Below, piece after piece: positions 20,744 to 29,494 of a DNA stretch of 64,000 nt. How positions within the stretch are numbered: the first letter of the stretch is position 1; every line of letters starts with the position of its first letter. The notes under the pieces are model-generated. The model was not told the DNA's origin and did not search any database. It saw nothing but the letters and a program-made list of their open reading frames with translations. A program made the position numbers and the translations under genes. This stretch comes from Gammaproteobacteria bacterium (GTDB taxonomy: Bacteria > Pseudomonadota > Gammaproteobacteria > JBCCGL01), in contig OZ255836.1 of NCBI GenBank assembly GCA_965277715.1, positions 256,001 through 320,000 on the forward strand, given 5' to 3'.

Positions 20744-22351
20744 CTATTCCAAGGTAATGTCCAAACCGACATGCCAAGGTAGCAAGGCCTCTATCTTTTC
20801 AAGAGTATCGGCACTACCGATATGATTAAGGACGTGCAGTATGTACGCATAGGGTTCAAGACCATTAGCTTTGGCCGTTTCGATCAATGAGTAACATGTG
20901 GCACTGGCATGGGCGCCACGGGTTGAATCGGCAAACAACCAGGCTTTTCTACCCACGGCAAAAGGCCTAATGGCATTTTCAGCCAGCACGTTGCTGATGT
21001 GTAACCGTCCATCATCACAGTAGCCTGTGAGGGTATGCCATTGATTCAGTGCATAGTCCATGGCGTTACGCGTAAGGGACTTTTTAGCCACCTTAGTAAT
21101 ATGCTTATCCAGCCATTGTTTGAATTCTTCCAACACCGGTTGGCTAAGTTTTTGGCGAAACCTTTGTTTTTCTGCGGGTTCAAGCGCTTGTATCTTTTTC
21201 TCAATGAGATAGAGCTTGCGGATTTTACCGATGGCGGCATCGGCTTTCGAGGCACGGGGGTTTTTCGTGTTTGCTTTATCGGCAGCTTTAATGGCATCAA
21301 TGAATTTTCGGCGCACATGATCCCAGCAACCGATACGTGTCAGATTTTGCTGCTCGCACACCCCGTTATACCCTGAATAGCCATCGACTTGCAGAGTGCC
21401 TTGAAAACCTTCCAGTAAGCGTTGTGGGACTTCGCCCGAACGAGAGGGGTCGTATTCAAACAACACACTGGGCTGGTCTGGAGGGCCACCGCGCGTTAGC
21501 CACATCCATTTATCGGATTGGGCGGTTTTGCCATTTTCTTTGAGTACCTGGATACGTGTTTCGTCCATTTGCACATAATCACCGTCATTTTGACTTTCCC
21601 GCAGCAAGGTCATCAGGGGTTTAAAAACCGCTTCCAGGCGAATCATCCAGTTGGCCATGTTGGTGCGGCTCACGGCATGTCCATAACGCTTTAAAATGCT
21701 TTCCTGGCGATACAAGGGCAACCCATCGGCGTATTTGGACACCATGATGTTGGCGAGCAGAGCCGTGCTGGCAAAGCACTTACCCAAAGGGTGTATGGGG
21801 CGTTGCGCGGCGATGATGTGGTCATCACCTGCGTAGCTGAAGACGGCCTTTTCTTGCCAGTACTCTAAAACGTTGAGTTGTGCGGGAATGTATTGGAGTT
21901 CTTCTTTGACTTTCACAAAGAAAGTACGTGTAGCGCCTGATTTTTCCTCATCGCTTAAGGCTAGCTCAACGCGCACACGGGGTAAGTGGTTGGAGAAGCC
22001 GCGTTGACGTTTTTTCTTGTTCGTGACCGTAGGCTGAGGTAGCAACTCATCCGGTAGCTGGCTATCAATGTCGACAATGGCTTGTTCGAGTTCCGCTTCA
22101 TCAAACAAGTCAATCTGGAAGGCAAGCTTTTCGCTGTTAGCGCCGAACCTCTGAACCTTGGAAAGACGCAACCGTTCTTCCAGCAAACGAATGTAGTGAT
22201 CGCGGTTTTTAATGGTGTTTTTGTGACGTTGAATAATTTGGTTATGGTGCGCTAATTCGGCTTCTTTTTCTGCCAGCACGGTCACTAATTCAGCCGCCGT
22301 TAAGCCGGTGTAATTGCGTTGTTTTTGTTGAATTTCCGATGCCAAAACCAT
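20744..22351 (-). CDS. tnpC: IS66 DDE transposase
   Basis: KYADGLPLYRQ, MDET, DGY, CWDHVRRKF, SNVLAENAIRP. Confidence 0.95.
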   Translation of the reverse strand: MVLASEIQQKQRNYTGLTAAELVTVLAEKEAELAHHNQIIQRHKNTIKNRDHYIRLLEERLRLSKVQRFGANSEKLAFQIDLFDEAELEQAIVDIDSQLPDELLPQPTVTNKKKRQRGFSNHLPRVRVELALSDEEKSGATRTFFVKVKEELQYIPAQLNVLEYWQEKAVFSYAGDDHIIAAQRPIHPLGKCFASTALLANIMVSKYADGLPLYRQESILKRYGHAVSRTNMANWMIRLEAVFKPLMTLLRESQNDGDYVQMDETRIQVLKENGKTAQSDKWMWLTRGGPPDQPSVLFEYDPSRSGEVPQRLLEGFQGTLQVDGYSGYNGVCEQQNLTRIGCWDHVRRKFIDAIKAADKANTKNPRASKADAAIGKIRKLYLIEKKIQALEPAEKQRFRQKLSQPVLEEFKQWLDKHITKVAKKSLTRNAMDYALNQWHTLTGYCDDGRLHISNVLAENAIRPFAVGRKAWLFADSTRGAHASATCYSLIETAKANGLEPYAYILHVLNHIGSADTLEKIEALLPWHVGLDITLE

Positions 22352-22418
22352 CGCGTAATAATACCAAATAGCCGTCTAAAAATCACTAAAATCAAACACT
22401 TTTTCACCCTTTAGCGAG

Positions 22419-22787
22419 CTAAAAAACAGACTCGTAATGCAATACTTTGTGGCCTCTCATTGCGGCTAAATCATAGCCATCAAGCAACCCGTTTATTTGC
22501 GTTCCGGTAAGTGATATGACTTCCTCATCGAGGTCAGGCCACTTAAACTGCTCTTCGGCCAAGGCTTTGTAATACAGTACAAAACCGTTGTCCTCCCACA
22601 TCAGACACTTGATTTTGTTGCGGTGGCGATTGGTGAACACGTATAAGCCACCCTCAAACAGGTTGTGACCCAGCTCTCGCTCAACAATGGCCGCAAGGCC
22701 ATTGCTTTGCTTACGAAAGTCCACCGCCTCTCGGTATAAAAACACCTTTGGAATATCGAGCGATGGCCGTAAATAACGGGCCGTCAT
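22419..22787 (-). CDS. tnpB: IS66 accessory protein
   Basis: VDFRK..GL...F...LYVFTNR...KIKCLMWE.NGF.LYYK.L. Confidence 0.93.
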   Translation of the reverse strand: MTARYLRPSLDIPKVFLYREAVDFRKQSNGLAAIVERELGHNLFEGGLYVFTNRHRNKIKCLMWEDNGFVLYYKALAEEQFKWPDLDEEVISLTGTQINGLLDGYDLAAMRGHKVLHYESVF

Positions 22788-23101
22788 AACTGCGCCAGTA
22801 ACGCGCTAACTAACGTCACGTTAGCGGCGGTAATGCCAGAAATGGCACAGCCATTGGCCAGCGTAAAACACAAACCTGAATCAGCCCTTTGCCTATCAGC
22901 CACCATCACTTGGGTAAAGCCTGCTACAGGCATGTTACTCTGCACTGCTTGAATAGTTTTACGCGAACATTTACGGCTCCAATAGTAAAACTGCTTCAAG
23001 TGGATGCCGTTATCCTGGCAAAACTGCGCACCACTCAAACCGGATGCTTGCCATTGTTCAATTTGATTGCGCCAGTACGACGCGCGTTCTTTATTACTCA
23101 T
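22784..23101 (-). CDS. tnpA: IS66 accessory HTH protein
   Basis: W...IEQWQASGLS..QFC...GI...QFYYW. Confidence 0.9.
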   Translation of the reverse strand: MSNKERASYWRNQIEQWQASGLSGAQFCQDNGIHLKQFYYWSRKCSRKTIQAVQSNMPVAGFTQVMVADRQRADSGLCFTLANGCAISGITAANVTLVSALLAQL

Positions 23102-23309
23102 ATTACACCTATGCGGGTATTGGGTTGATGTGGTGCAGTGTGAGGACCAACCCGAGTAATTGGTAGACGCCTATTCTTTGGCGCTTACGTTTAAATGGAA
23201 TAAATTTAGGTGTAGTAGATGGTGTGAAGACTATGCTGTCTCGCCAGCTTTTATTATGGAAAAATCAGAAATAAAAATAAACATTTAGTTGAATGTCAAA
23301 ACTGAGTTC

Positions 23310-23341
23310 AAAATCCCTAGCGGCTTGCTAGGGCTTTTTTG
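23310..23341. terminator. Rho-independent terminator (probably bidirectional)
   Basis: AAAATCCCTAGC-ggctt-GCTAGGGCTTTTTT. Confidence 0.65.
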
Positions 23342-23344
23342 CTT

Positions 23345-23490
23345 TTACTCTTCGCTAGTCAACACCAAACACCCGTCCATCACTCTGACCTTCACTGGCG
23401 AATCAATCTCAAATCCCGCTTTGATTAACCAATGGCCTTTGAGGTGAATCTCGCCAATGGGTGTGCGCTGTCGGCAGTTCTGGCTGAAAT
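23345..23490 (-). pseudogene. symE: SymE-family toxin, 5'-truncated
   Basis: Manual translation IHLKGHWLIKAGFEIDSPVKVRVMDGCLVLTSEE*. The 5' end is replaced by the GGGGTCAGGC repeat at 23501. Confidence 0.8.
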
Positions 23491-23521
23491 AAAAGGAAAA
23501 GGGGTCAGGCTAGTTATTTAC

Positions 23522-24839
23522 GGTTCTTCCCCGGTTTGTGTGAGGTTATAGTATTTCATCCTCCTTTGCTATTGAGAGACTCCGGTGCTATCGAGCCTTG
23601 AAGAACACTACAGCCAGCTCCTATGCCTGACAGATGACTGGTCAGTGACATCAGTTGATTTAGACCCTTCAGGGTTAAAAGTATCCATTTCGTTGGCGTT
23701 TAGCGGCAACCACGGCCCTTGCTCGCACTGTGGCGAAGTGAGTCCGTTCTATGATCACCGTTCACAAGAGCGATCCTGGAGACACCTGGATATTATGCAG
23801 TTTGAAACGCGCCTACACAGTCGCATTCCCCGAGTAAATTGTCTGGAGCATGGTGTTAAAAGTATGATGTTACCCTGGGCAAGCAAGCGCAGTCGTTTTA
23901 CGTTGTTGTTTGAATTATTTTCCATCAGGGTGTTGCAAGCCTCACGTAGCGTCGAAGAGGCGCGTAAGTTACTGGGACTTAGCTGGAACGCAGTGGAAGC
24001 CATCAAAGCCCGCGCTGTCGAACGGGGACTTTCGCGTCGGGAATTGGTGACAATTGAGTACCTGGGTATTGATGAGAAGTCCCACCGTAAAGGGCATGAC
24101 TATGTGACGCTCATCAATGATATCGATGGAGGGCGAGTATTGGATGGAGTGAAAGATCGCACCCAGGCAGCTTGTGAGGAGGCGTTGGAGGTTGCGCTGA
24201 CGGATAACCAGCGAGAACAGGTGAAAGCTGTCGCTATTGATAGGTGGCCTGCGTTCATTAATGCCGTTGAGGTAAAACTGTCAGACAGTGCGATTGTTCA
24301 CGACCGTTTTCCTATTAGCCAACACCTGAATAAGGCGGTGGATCAGGTCCGTCGTGACGAACATAGAGACCTTTTGTCACAGGGTGATACTCGATTGAAA
24401 AAGAGTCGTTATCACTGGTTAAAAAATGAAGAAAATTTGTCTAACAAAGCAGCCGAGCACTTTGAGTCACTCAAGCATGATCAGTTATTGACAGCCCGAG
24501 CCTGGGCGATAAAAGAACTGTTTCGTGATTTTTGGACGTATAAGACAGCGGGTTGGGCAAAGCGTTTCTTTAGCGCATGGTATGCGTGGGCAATTCGGTG
24601 CCGATTGGACAGCATAAAGAAAGTGGCCAAGATGATAAAAACGCACATGCCGAACATATTGACATGGTTTAAGCACACAATAAGTAATGCCGTATCAGAG
24701 GGTTTGAATTCAAAAATTCAGACAGTCAAATCGAATGCAAGAGGGTTTCGTTCGTTTGAAAGTTACCGGCGGAGTATTTTGTTTTACTGCGGAAAGCTGG
24801 ATAGGGAACCAGTGGCTTCACAATAATCGGGGAAGAACC
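23522..24839 (+). mobile_element. ISL3 family element, 413-aa transposase 23585-24826
   Basis: TIR GGTTCTTCCCC/GGGGAAGAACC, zinc finger, LGIDEK, HDRF, NAVSEGLNSKIQ. Confidence 0.94.
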
Positions 24840-25150
24840 CTCTTTCATTTTCGGTTCCTCGCGTAAACTCAGTTTACTTCAAGTGAGGGGTCCGAATTAG
24901 TGTAGCCACATCACAGTAACCGCTGGGCGTTGTTGTATACGGCAGCAGCAAGTGGCACAGGCGACGATCGTTGTGTGGTCACTGCTAGAGCCAAGGTGAC
25001 CACAATTTACATCCCATATGCTGAAAACAGAACCACTAAGTACGAATAAGTGGTTTATCTGGTGCAGGTGCTTGTTTTCTTGGAAGTTTATCTGTTTAAA
25101 AAATCTGAGGTAAGCGATGTGTAAGCGAATTGATTGATATGCTTGAGTAG

Positions 25151-25174
25151 AAAGCCCAGTGTGGCCTGGGCTTT
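25151..25174 (-). terminator. Terminator hairpin after the XRE/ImmA gene
   Basis: AAAGCCCAG-tgtggc-CTGGGCTTT. Confidence 0.6.
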
Positions 25175-25182
25175 GTTCAAAG

Positions 25183-26319
25183 TTATGCTTTAGAATGCTT
25201 GTAGGCCGAAATACTAGTTATATTTTCTGGCAAATCTAACTCGGATAAGAGTGGAAGCAATAAGCTTTCTGTTTGTGTGAGGCTAGTTAAGAATTCGGCC
25301 TTCATTCCTAGTTCGTTTAATAGTCCACCAAAATTTCTCCCATAGCTCTTAAGCAGAAGGGCTAAACTCGATGGTAATAATTCGGGAAAATCTAAGGATA
25401 CTCTGTCGTCATAATATTCTTCTTTTGTTTGCCCTGTTTTGCTGAAATGAATGTTTGCTGTTCTGTATTGTGATGGCGTGATCATTCCATACTGGTTTAG
25501 CCTGTAAATAATAGCTCTAGCGCTTATCCCCCACTTAATCTTTATTGAGTATATGCTGTTCCAGTCAATTCGAGTTTTACTCTTGCTTGTGTATTCTCTA
25601 ATCAGTGCTGCGCGGGGCAGAAGAAAGTGGCTGGCGAAGTGGTCTGCCTGCGACTCGGTATCTCTATCTCCGGTTTCGATACCATTGTGGCCAATGATAT
25701 GTAGCATCTCGTGACCTATATCCATTCTTATACGAGGAGCGTTTTTTGTTGTATTAAGAATAATTATTGGACGCCCTCTGTTTAAAGACAGAGCGTCAAT
25801 TTTTTCAGATATTTCACCGAATGTTGAAACAATCACGCCTGCATTTTCTGCAACACGAATCATATTTTTAATTGGCCCGTCACCAAGCTTCCAATACTTC
25901 CTGCATTCGATACTGGCATTTTCTGCATCGGCTATGGAGGTTATCTCTAACTGCGGAAAGTTTACTGCTGGAAGATCAAGGTATTCCTCTAGAGTGGCAA
26001 CAAGCTTGTTGAGAAGTGTTGCACGAGCAGCACTCTCTCTTCGTGATGAAACCAAGGTTGTCTTTAATTTCCTGAAATGGCACTCCTCTTCTTTAACCTG
26101 ATTACCTAGTTGGTAGCCAAAAAAACTTGGTTCAACTTTTAGTTCGTAAGCCAGTGCATCCACCAACTCTTTGGTTGGTGTTTTCTTATCGGTGGTTTCA
26201 AGCTGATGAATGTATTGACGAGTGTTGCCAACTCGTTGTCCCAACTCATTTAAAGAAATGCCCGACATAAGCCGGGCAATCCTCAGGTTGTCTCCATTAA
26301 ATGCGATTTTGTCACTCAT
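25183..26319 (-). CDS. XRE-family HTH fused to ImmA/IrrE (COG2856) Zn metallopeptidase
   Basis: N-terminal FNGDNLRIARLMSGISLNELG HTH, HEMLH (HExxH), E.QAD.FAS.FLLP. Confidence 0.9.
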   Translation of the reverse strand: MSDKIAFNGDNLRIARLMSGISLNELGQRVGNTRQYIHQLETTDKKTPTKELVDALAYELKVEPSFFGYQLGNQVKEEECHFRKLKTTLVSSRRESAARATLLNKLVATLEEYLDLPAVNFPQLEITSIADAENASIECRKYWKLGDGPIKNMIRVAENAGVIVSTFGEISEKIDALSLNRGRPIIILNTTKNAPRIRMDIGHEMLHIIGHNGIETGDRDTESQADHFASHFLLPRAALIREYTSKSKTRIDWNSIYSIKIKWGISARAIIYRLNQYGMITPSQYRTANIHFSKTGQTKEEYYDDRVSLDFPELLPSSLALLLKSYGRNFGGLLNELGMKAEFLTSLTQTESLLLPLLSELDLPENITSISAYKHSKA

Positions 26320-26924
26320 TCGTCGTGCTCTTTGGAATTAGAAACTTTGTCTGTTGCAGCTTTTGGCAAAGATGCTGACGCAGCAGGAAGATCTACTGGC
26401 TCGCTTTCCACACTGTTGATTGCAACTATATTAGATGCAATATCGAAGATTGGCACTGTGCGAGAAGCTATAACTTCACCAGACTCTGTCATGCCGAAAA
26501 ATTCTATATTGGTTGTTGTGCCTTCTAGGTCGGTCTCTACTGCGTACACCCAAACAAGCTTTTCTGGGATCGGTGAATCAAATAGTAAGCTGTTTTGTCG
26601 CAGTTCTGGGTGGGACTGCGCACGATTATGAATATTTGCCTTCGGTTTGTTTGCCATGCCTTTATAAAAACTAAACTCTACGCTGCCAATTTTGGCAATA
26701 AAGCGTAGTGAGGGGTCAACAATATTTAACCAAGGAAAACTTTTAGATTGAAACACTATTTCATTGCTCACCCATGCATGTGCTCGACAGCCTATACTCC
26801 AGCCATTGTCCCGATCTTCTACGGCATCAAGGTTTTCAGCTCTGACTCTGGCAATTAGTTGGCCGATATAATCGATGCGCTCATCGGTTAGGCAGGAATG
26901 TATTTCAGAAGGCTGTTTGATCAT
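26316..26924 (-). CDS. Hypothetical protein translationally coupled to the XRE-ImmA/IrrE gene
   Basis: ATGA overlap with the downstream gene. Likely start MIKQPSEIH (26924); the ORF track starts it at 26963. Confidence 0.75.
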   Translation of the reverse strand: MIKQPSEIHSCLTDERIDYIGQLIARVRAENLDAVEDRDNGWSIGCRAHAWVSNEIVFQSKSFPWLNIVDPSLRFIAKIGSVEFSFYKGMANKPKANIHNRAQSHPELRQNSLLFDSPIPEKLVWVYAVETDLEGTTTNIEFFGMTESGEVIASRTVPIFDIASNIVAINSVESEPVDLPAASASLPKAATDKVSNSKEHDE

Positions 26925-27110
26925 GTGGCAGTACCCATTTATGAGTGTAGAAGACAATGCCATGATATGGGTAAAAACGGGTTTTTGTCAACCGCGATAT
27001 GGTTTGTAAATCAACTTTGCTATTGTCAACTTGAAGTGAGGTTACTTTCGCTGATGTTTATTAATAAGTAATCACATGTAAGCAGTTTCTGACGCTCCTT
27101 GATTCAAAAT

Positions 27111-27145
27111 AAAAAAGCCCCGAAAACCTTACGGCTCGGGGCTTT
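27111..27145 (-). terminator. Terminator downstream of the tRNA
   Basis: AAAAAAGCCCCGA...TCGGGGCTTT, with the U-tract on the minus strand. Confidence 0.75.
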
Positions 27146-27152
27146 GATATGC

Positions 27153-27226
27153 TGGGCCTTCGCAGACTTGAACTGCGGACCTGCCGATTATGAGTCGGAT
27201 GCTCTAACCAACTGAGCTAAAGGCCC
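27153..27226 (-). tRNA. tRNA-Ile2 (CAU anticodon), complete; CCA not encoded (A-GCA)
   Basis: GGGCCTTTAGCTCAGTTGGTTAGAGCATCCGACTCATAATCGGCAGGTCCGCAGTTCAAGTCTGCGAAGGCCCA folds as a cloverleaf. C4/C5 in the acceptor stem favour Ile2 over Met. Confidence 0.9.
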
Positions 27227-27344
27227 TAAACTGTTTTTGCCGCTTACTAACTGCTTACTTTCACTTTTTGCTTTAGTTGTTTACTTGGCGTAAGCGGCTG
27301 TAACTAAAGCCTTTTTTGTTCTTTCTCTCCATCTAGCCCGCTCT

Positions 27345-27384
27345 ATTATGAGTCCCCTGCTCTAACCAACTGAGCTACAGGCCC
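27345..27384 (-). pseudogene. 5' half of a second, probably native, tRNA-Ile2 cut just after the anticodon loop
   Basis: GGGCCTGTAGCTCAGTTGGTTAGAGCAGGGGACTCATAAT followed by unrelated sequence. It lies 45 bp downstream of rpoD, the usual ileX position. Confidence 0.85.
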
Positions 27385-27429
27385 ACATGTTTAAACAGTG
27401 GGGTAGGGCGATTGCCCTGAGTGGTGATT

Positions 27430-27723
27430 TTAATCGCCGTCGAGGAAGCTGCGCAACTGTTCCGAGCGGGTCGGGTGGCGTAACTTACGTAACGCTTTGG
27501 CTTCTATCTGCCGTATCCGCTCGCGCGTTACGTCAAATTGTTTGCCGACTTCTTCCAGTGTGTGGTCGGTGTTCATGTCGATACCGAAACGCATCCGCAA
27601 TACTTTTGCCTCGCGTGGCGTCAGGCAGGATAACACATCGTGGGTGGTTTCACCCAGCCCTGAATTGGTCGCCGATTCGACTGGGGATACGGCGCCCTGG
27701 TCTTCGATAAAGTCACCGAGGTG
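27430..27723 (-). pseudogene. rpoD: 3' fragment of RNA polymerase sigma-70 (end of region 3 plus region 4)
   Basis: HLGDFIED...[51 protein letters not shown]. The upstream part is replaced by a repeat cluster. Confidence 0.93.
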
Positions 27724-27875
27724 AAGCAAAAGGGGTCATGAAGCAAAAGGGGTCAAGACAGTTATTTCCTATATTTCTTGAAGCAAAAGGGGTCAAGACA
27801 GTTATTTCCTATATTTCTTGCTGGAAACCACTGTTTTTATCCGTATTAGTCGTTGTATGGTGAATAATAAGCCTG
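27722..27875. repeat. Tandem GGGGTCA repeat cluster / REPIN-like unit
   Basis: TGAAGCAAAAGGGGTCA occurs three times, with a 40-bp tandem duplication (27740-27779/27780-27819). The unit resumes at 29296 after the IS110. Confidence 0.9.
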
Positions 27876-29293
27876 ATGGGATGGACCCGCTCCCTTTGAA
27901 TCGGCATCACAATGTGCCAAGATTGAGCGGTAACACAACCAATCTATTATCACCTAATAAAGGTAGGAGCGAGTCCATGAACGAGAATATCACCCGATTG
28001 GGTATTGATCTAGCCAAAACTATTTTTCAAGTGTGTGGTGCTAATAAACACGGTAAAGTGGTGTTTAATAAAAAACTTAAACGCGATCAGCTACCGTCTT
28101 ATATCGCCACTATACCGGCCTGTGAGGTGGTGATGGAAGCGTGTGCGACGTCCAGTTATTGGTCGCAGGTTTTCACACGCTACGGCCATACCGTCAAACT
28201 CATTAACCCAGCCTATGTACGCCCTTACGTTAAAACAAACAAGAACGATGCAGCGGATGCAGAGGCGCTGTGTGAAGCAGCCTCACGTCCGAATATGCGA
28301 TTTGTTTAGCCCAAAACACCCGACCAACAAGACAGCCAATTACTCCACCGGGTGCGCAGTCGGCTAGTGTCAAAACGGACGAGTTTAAGTAATCAGATAA
28401 GAGGGTTACTGGGTGAGTATGGGCTGATTATTCCGGTAGGTATTCGCCACGTCCGCCAGCACTTGCCTGCGCTTTTAGAGGATGCTGAAAATGCCTTGTC
28501 AGCCACAGCACGTGAAGTGTTCAGTGCTTTGTATGATGAACGAGTGGAGATTGATAAACGCGTAACACACTACACAAAACGGTTAACCCAGTTGAGTAAC
28601 CAGCATGAGCGCTGTCAGCAATTAAAAACACTGCCGGGTGTAGGGCCTCTGGTCGCCACTGCCTTGTTTACAGCAATGGGCGATCCGGGTTTTTATAAAA
28701 ACGGGCGTGAGTTTTCCGCCTTTTTGGGTCTCGTTCCTCGTCAATATAGTTCGGGGGGCAAAACACAACTCAAAGGTATCAGTAAACGCGGGGACGAACA
28801 CGTGCGCACTTTGTTGATACAGGGGGCGCAAGCGGCATTAAGTCGAATGCCTAAACACGATGATGGGCTAAGTCGTTGGGCCTGTCGTGTCAAAGCACGT
28901 CGGGGCCATTGTGTGGCGGCGGTGGCATTGGCCAATAAGCTCGCCAGAATTAGCTGGGCGGTAGCGGCTAATAATACAACTTACGTGCATAAAACAGTTT
29001 AATAACATCGTTGAAGATTTCTTACCACGAGGTAGCGAAAGAGCAGTAAAGGGTATAACAGGTTAAACCGGCTCAGACAGAACCTGGAGGGGGTCATGGT
29101 CTTCACAGACCGATTGCTTGATGAGGTGTCTGAGCACGGTTCCCATTATGGCTCTGGACGGATAAACAAATACAATCCGTTCTATTGAGAAGCCGGATAT
29201 ATGACTGCTAACCTTATTTACTGTGGCTGCTCTGAACGCTAAAAAATGAATGAACGATTAAAAAATTGTTGAATTTAACTGCGGGTCCATATA
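27874..29293 (+). mobile_element. IS110 family (IS1111 group) element; transposase 27977-29002 with in-frame TAG at 28307
   Basis: GIDLAK, MEAC, KNDAADA, SSGG motifs. Sub-terminal IRs 27881-27890 and 29281-29290 with 7-bp/3-bp overhangs, and a TG core on both sides. Confidence 0.95.
29003..29280 (+). ncRNA. Putative bridge/seek RNA of the IS1111-type element (boundaries approximate)
   Basis: Contains target-matching segments AGGGGGTCA (29088-29096) and TGCTTGA (29115-29121), and donor-matching segments TCCCATTA (29141-29148) and ATATATGA (29197-29204). A second copy lies at ~495-771 on the minus strand. Confidence 0.8.
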
Positions 29294-29436
29294 TGACCCC
29301 CTTGCTTACCTTGGGTGGCGCACTATAAGCATACGTTACGCCATGCATAGCAAAGCGTTACGCGGTTTTCCCGTTATGGATTATGTTTTCAGGGTGATAA
29401 AAACCGGAGCGGTGAGTAAGCCAGGAAATTTTTATA

Positions 29437-29494
29437 AAAATGTCTTATATGTTGAACAGTTAAGCTATATATTGCACTCTATATAAGACATTTT
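29437..29494 (+). promoter_or_regulatory. Promoter bracketed by a perfect 14-bp inverted repeat (probable autoregulatory operator)
   Basis: AAAATGTCTTATAT ... ATATAAGACATTTT flanking TTGAAC and TATATT, ending at the ATG. Confidence 0.65.

Larger units (their letters stand above)
20722..23188 (-). mobile_element. IS66 family element, complete
   Basis: TIR GTAAGCGCC and three-ORF tnpA/B/C organisation. Confidence 0.95.

Noticed and set aside
27153-27226. tRNA-Met call for the CAU tRNA
   Set aside because: The acceptor stem GGGCC and the position after rpoD fit Ile2. It lacks the initiator C1:A72 mismatch and the elongator GGCTAC start.
27722-27875. Direct repeats as a possible CRISPR array
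   Set aside because: The intervening sequences are identical duplications or absent rather than unique spacers, and there are no cas genes in the window.
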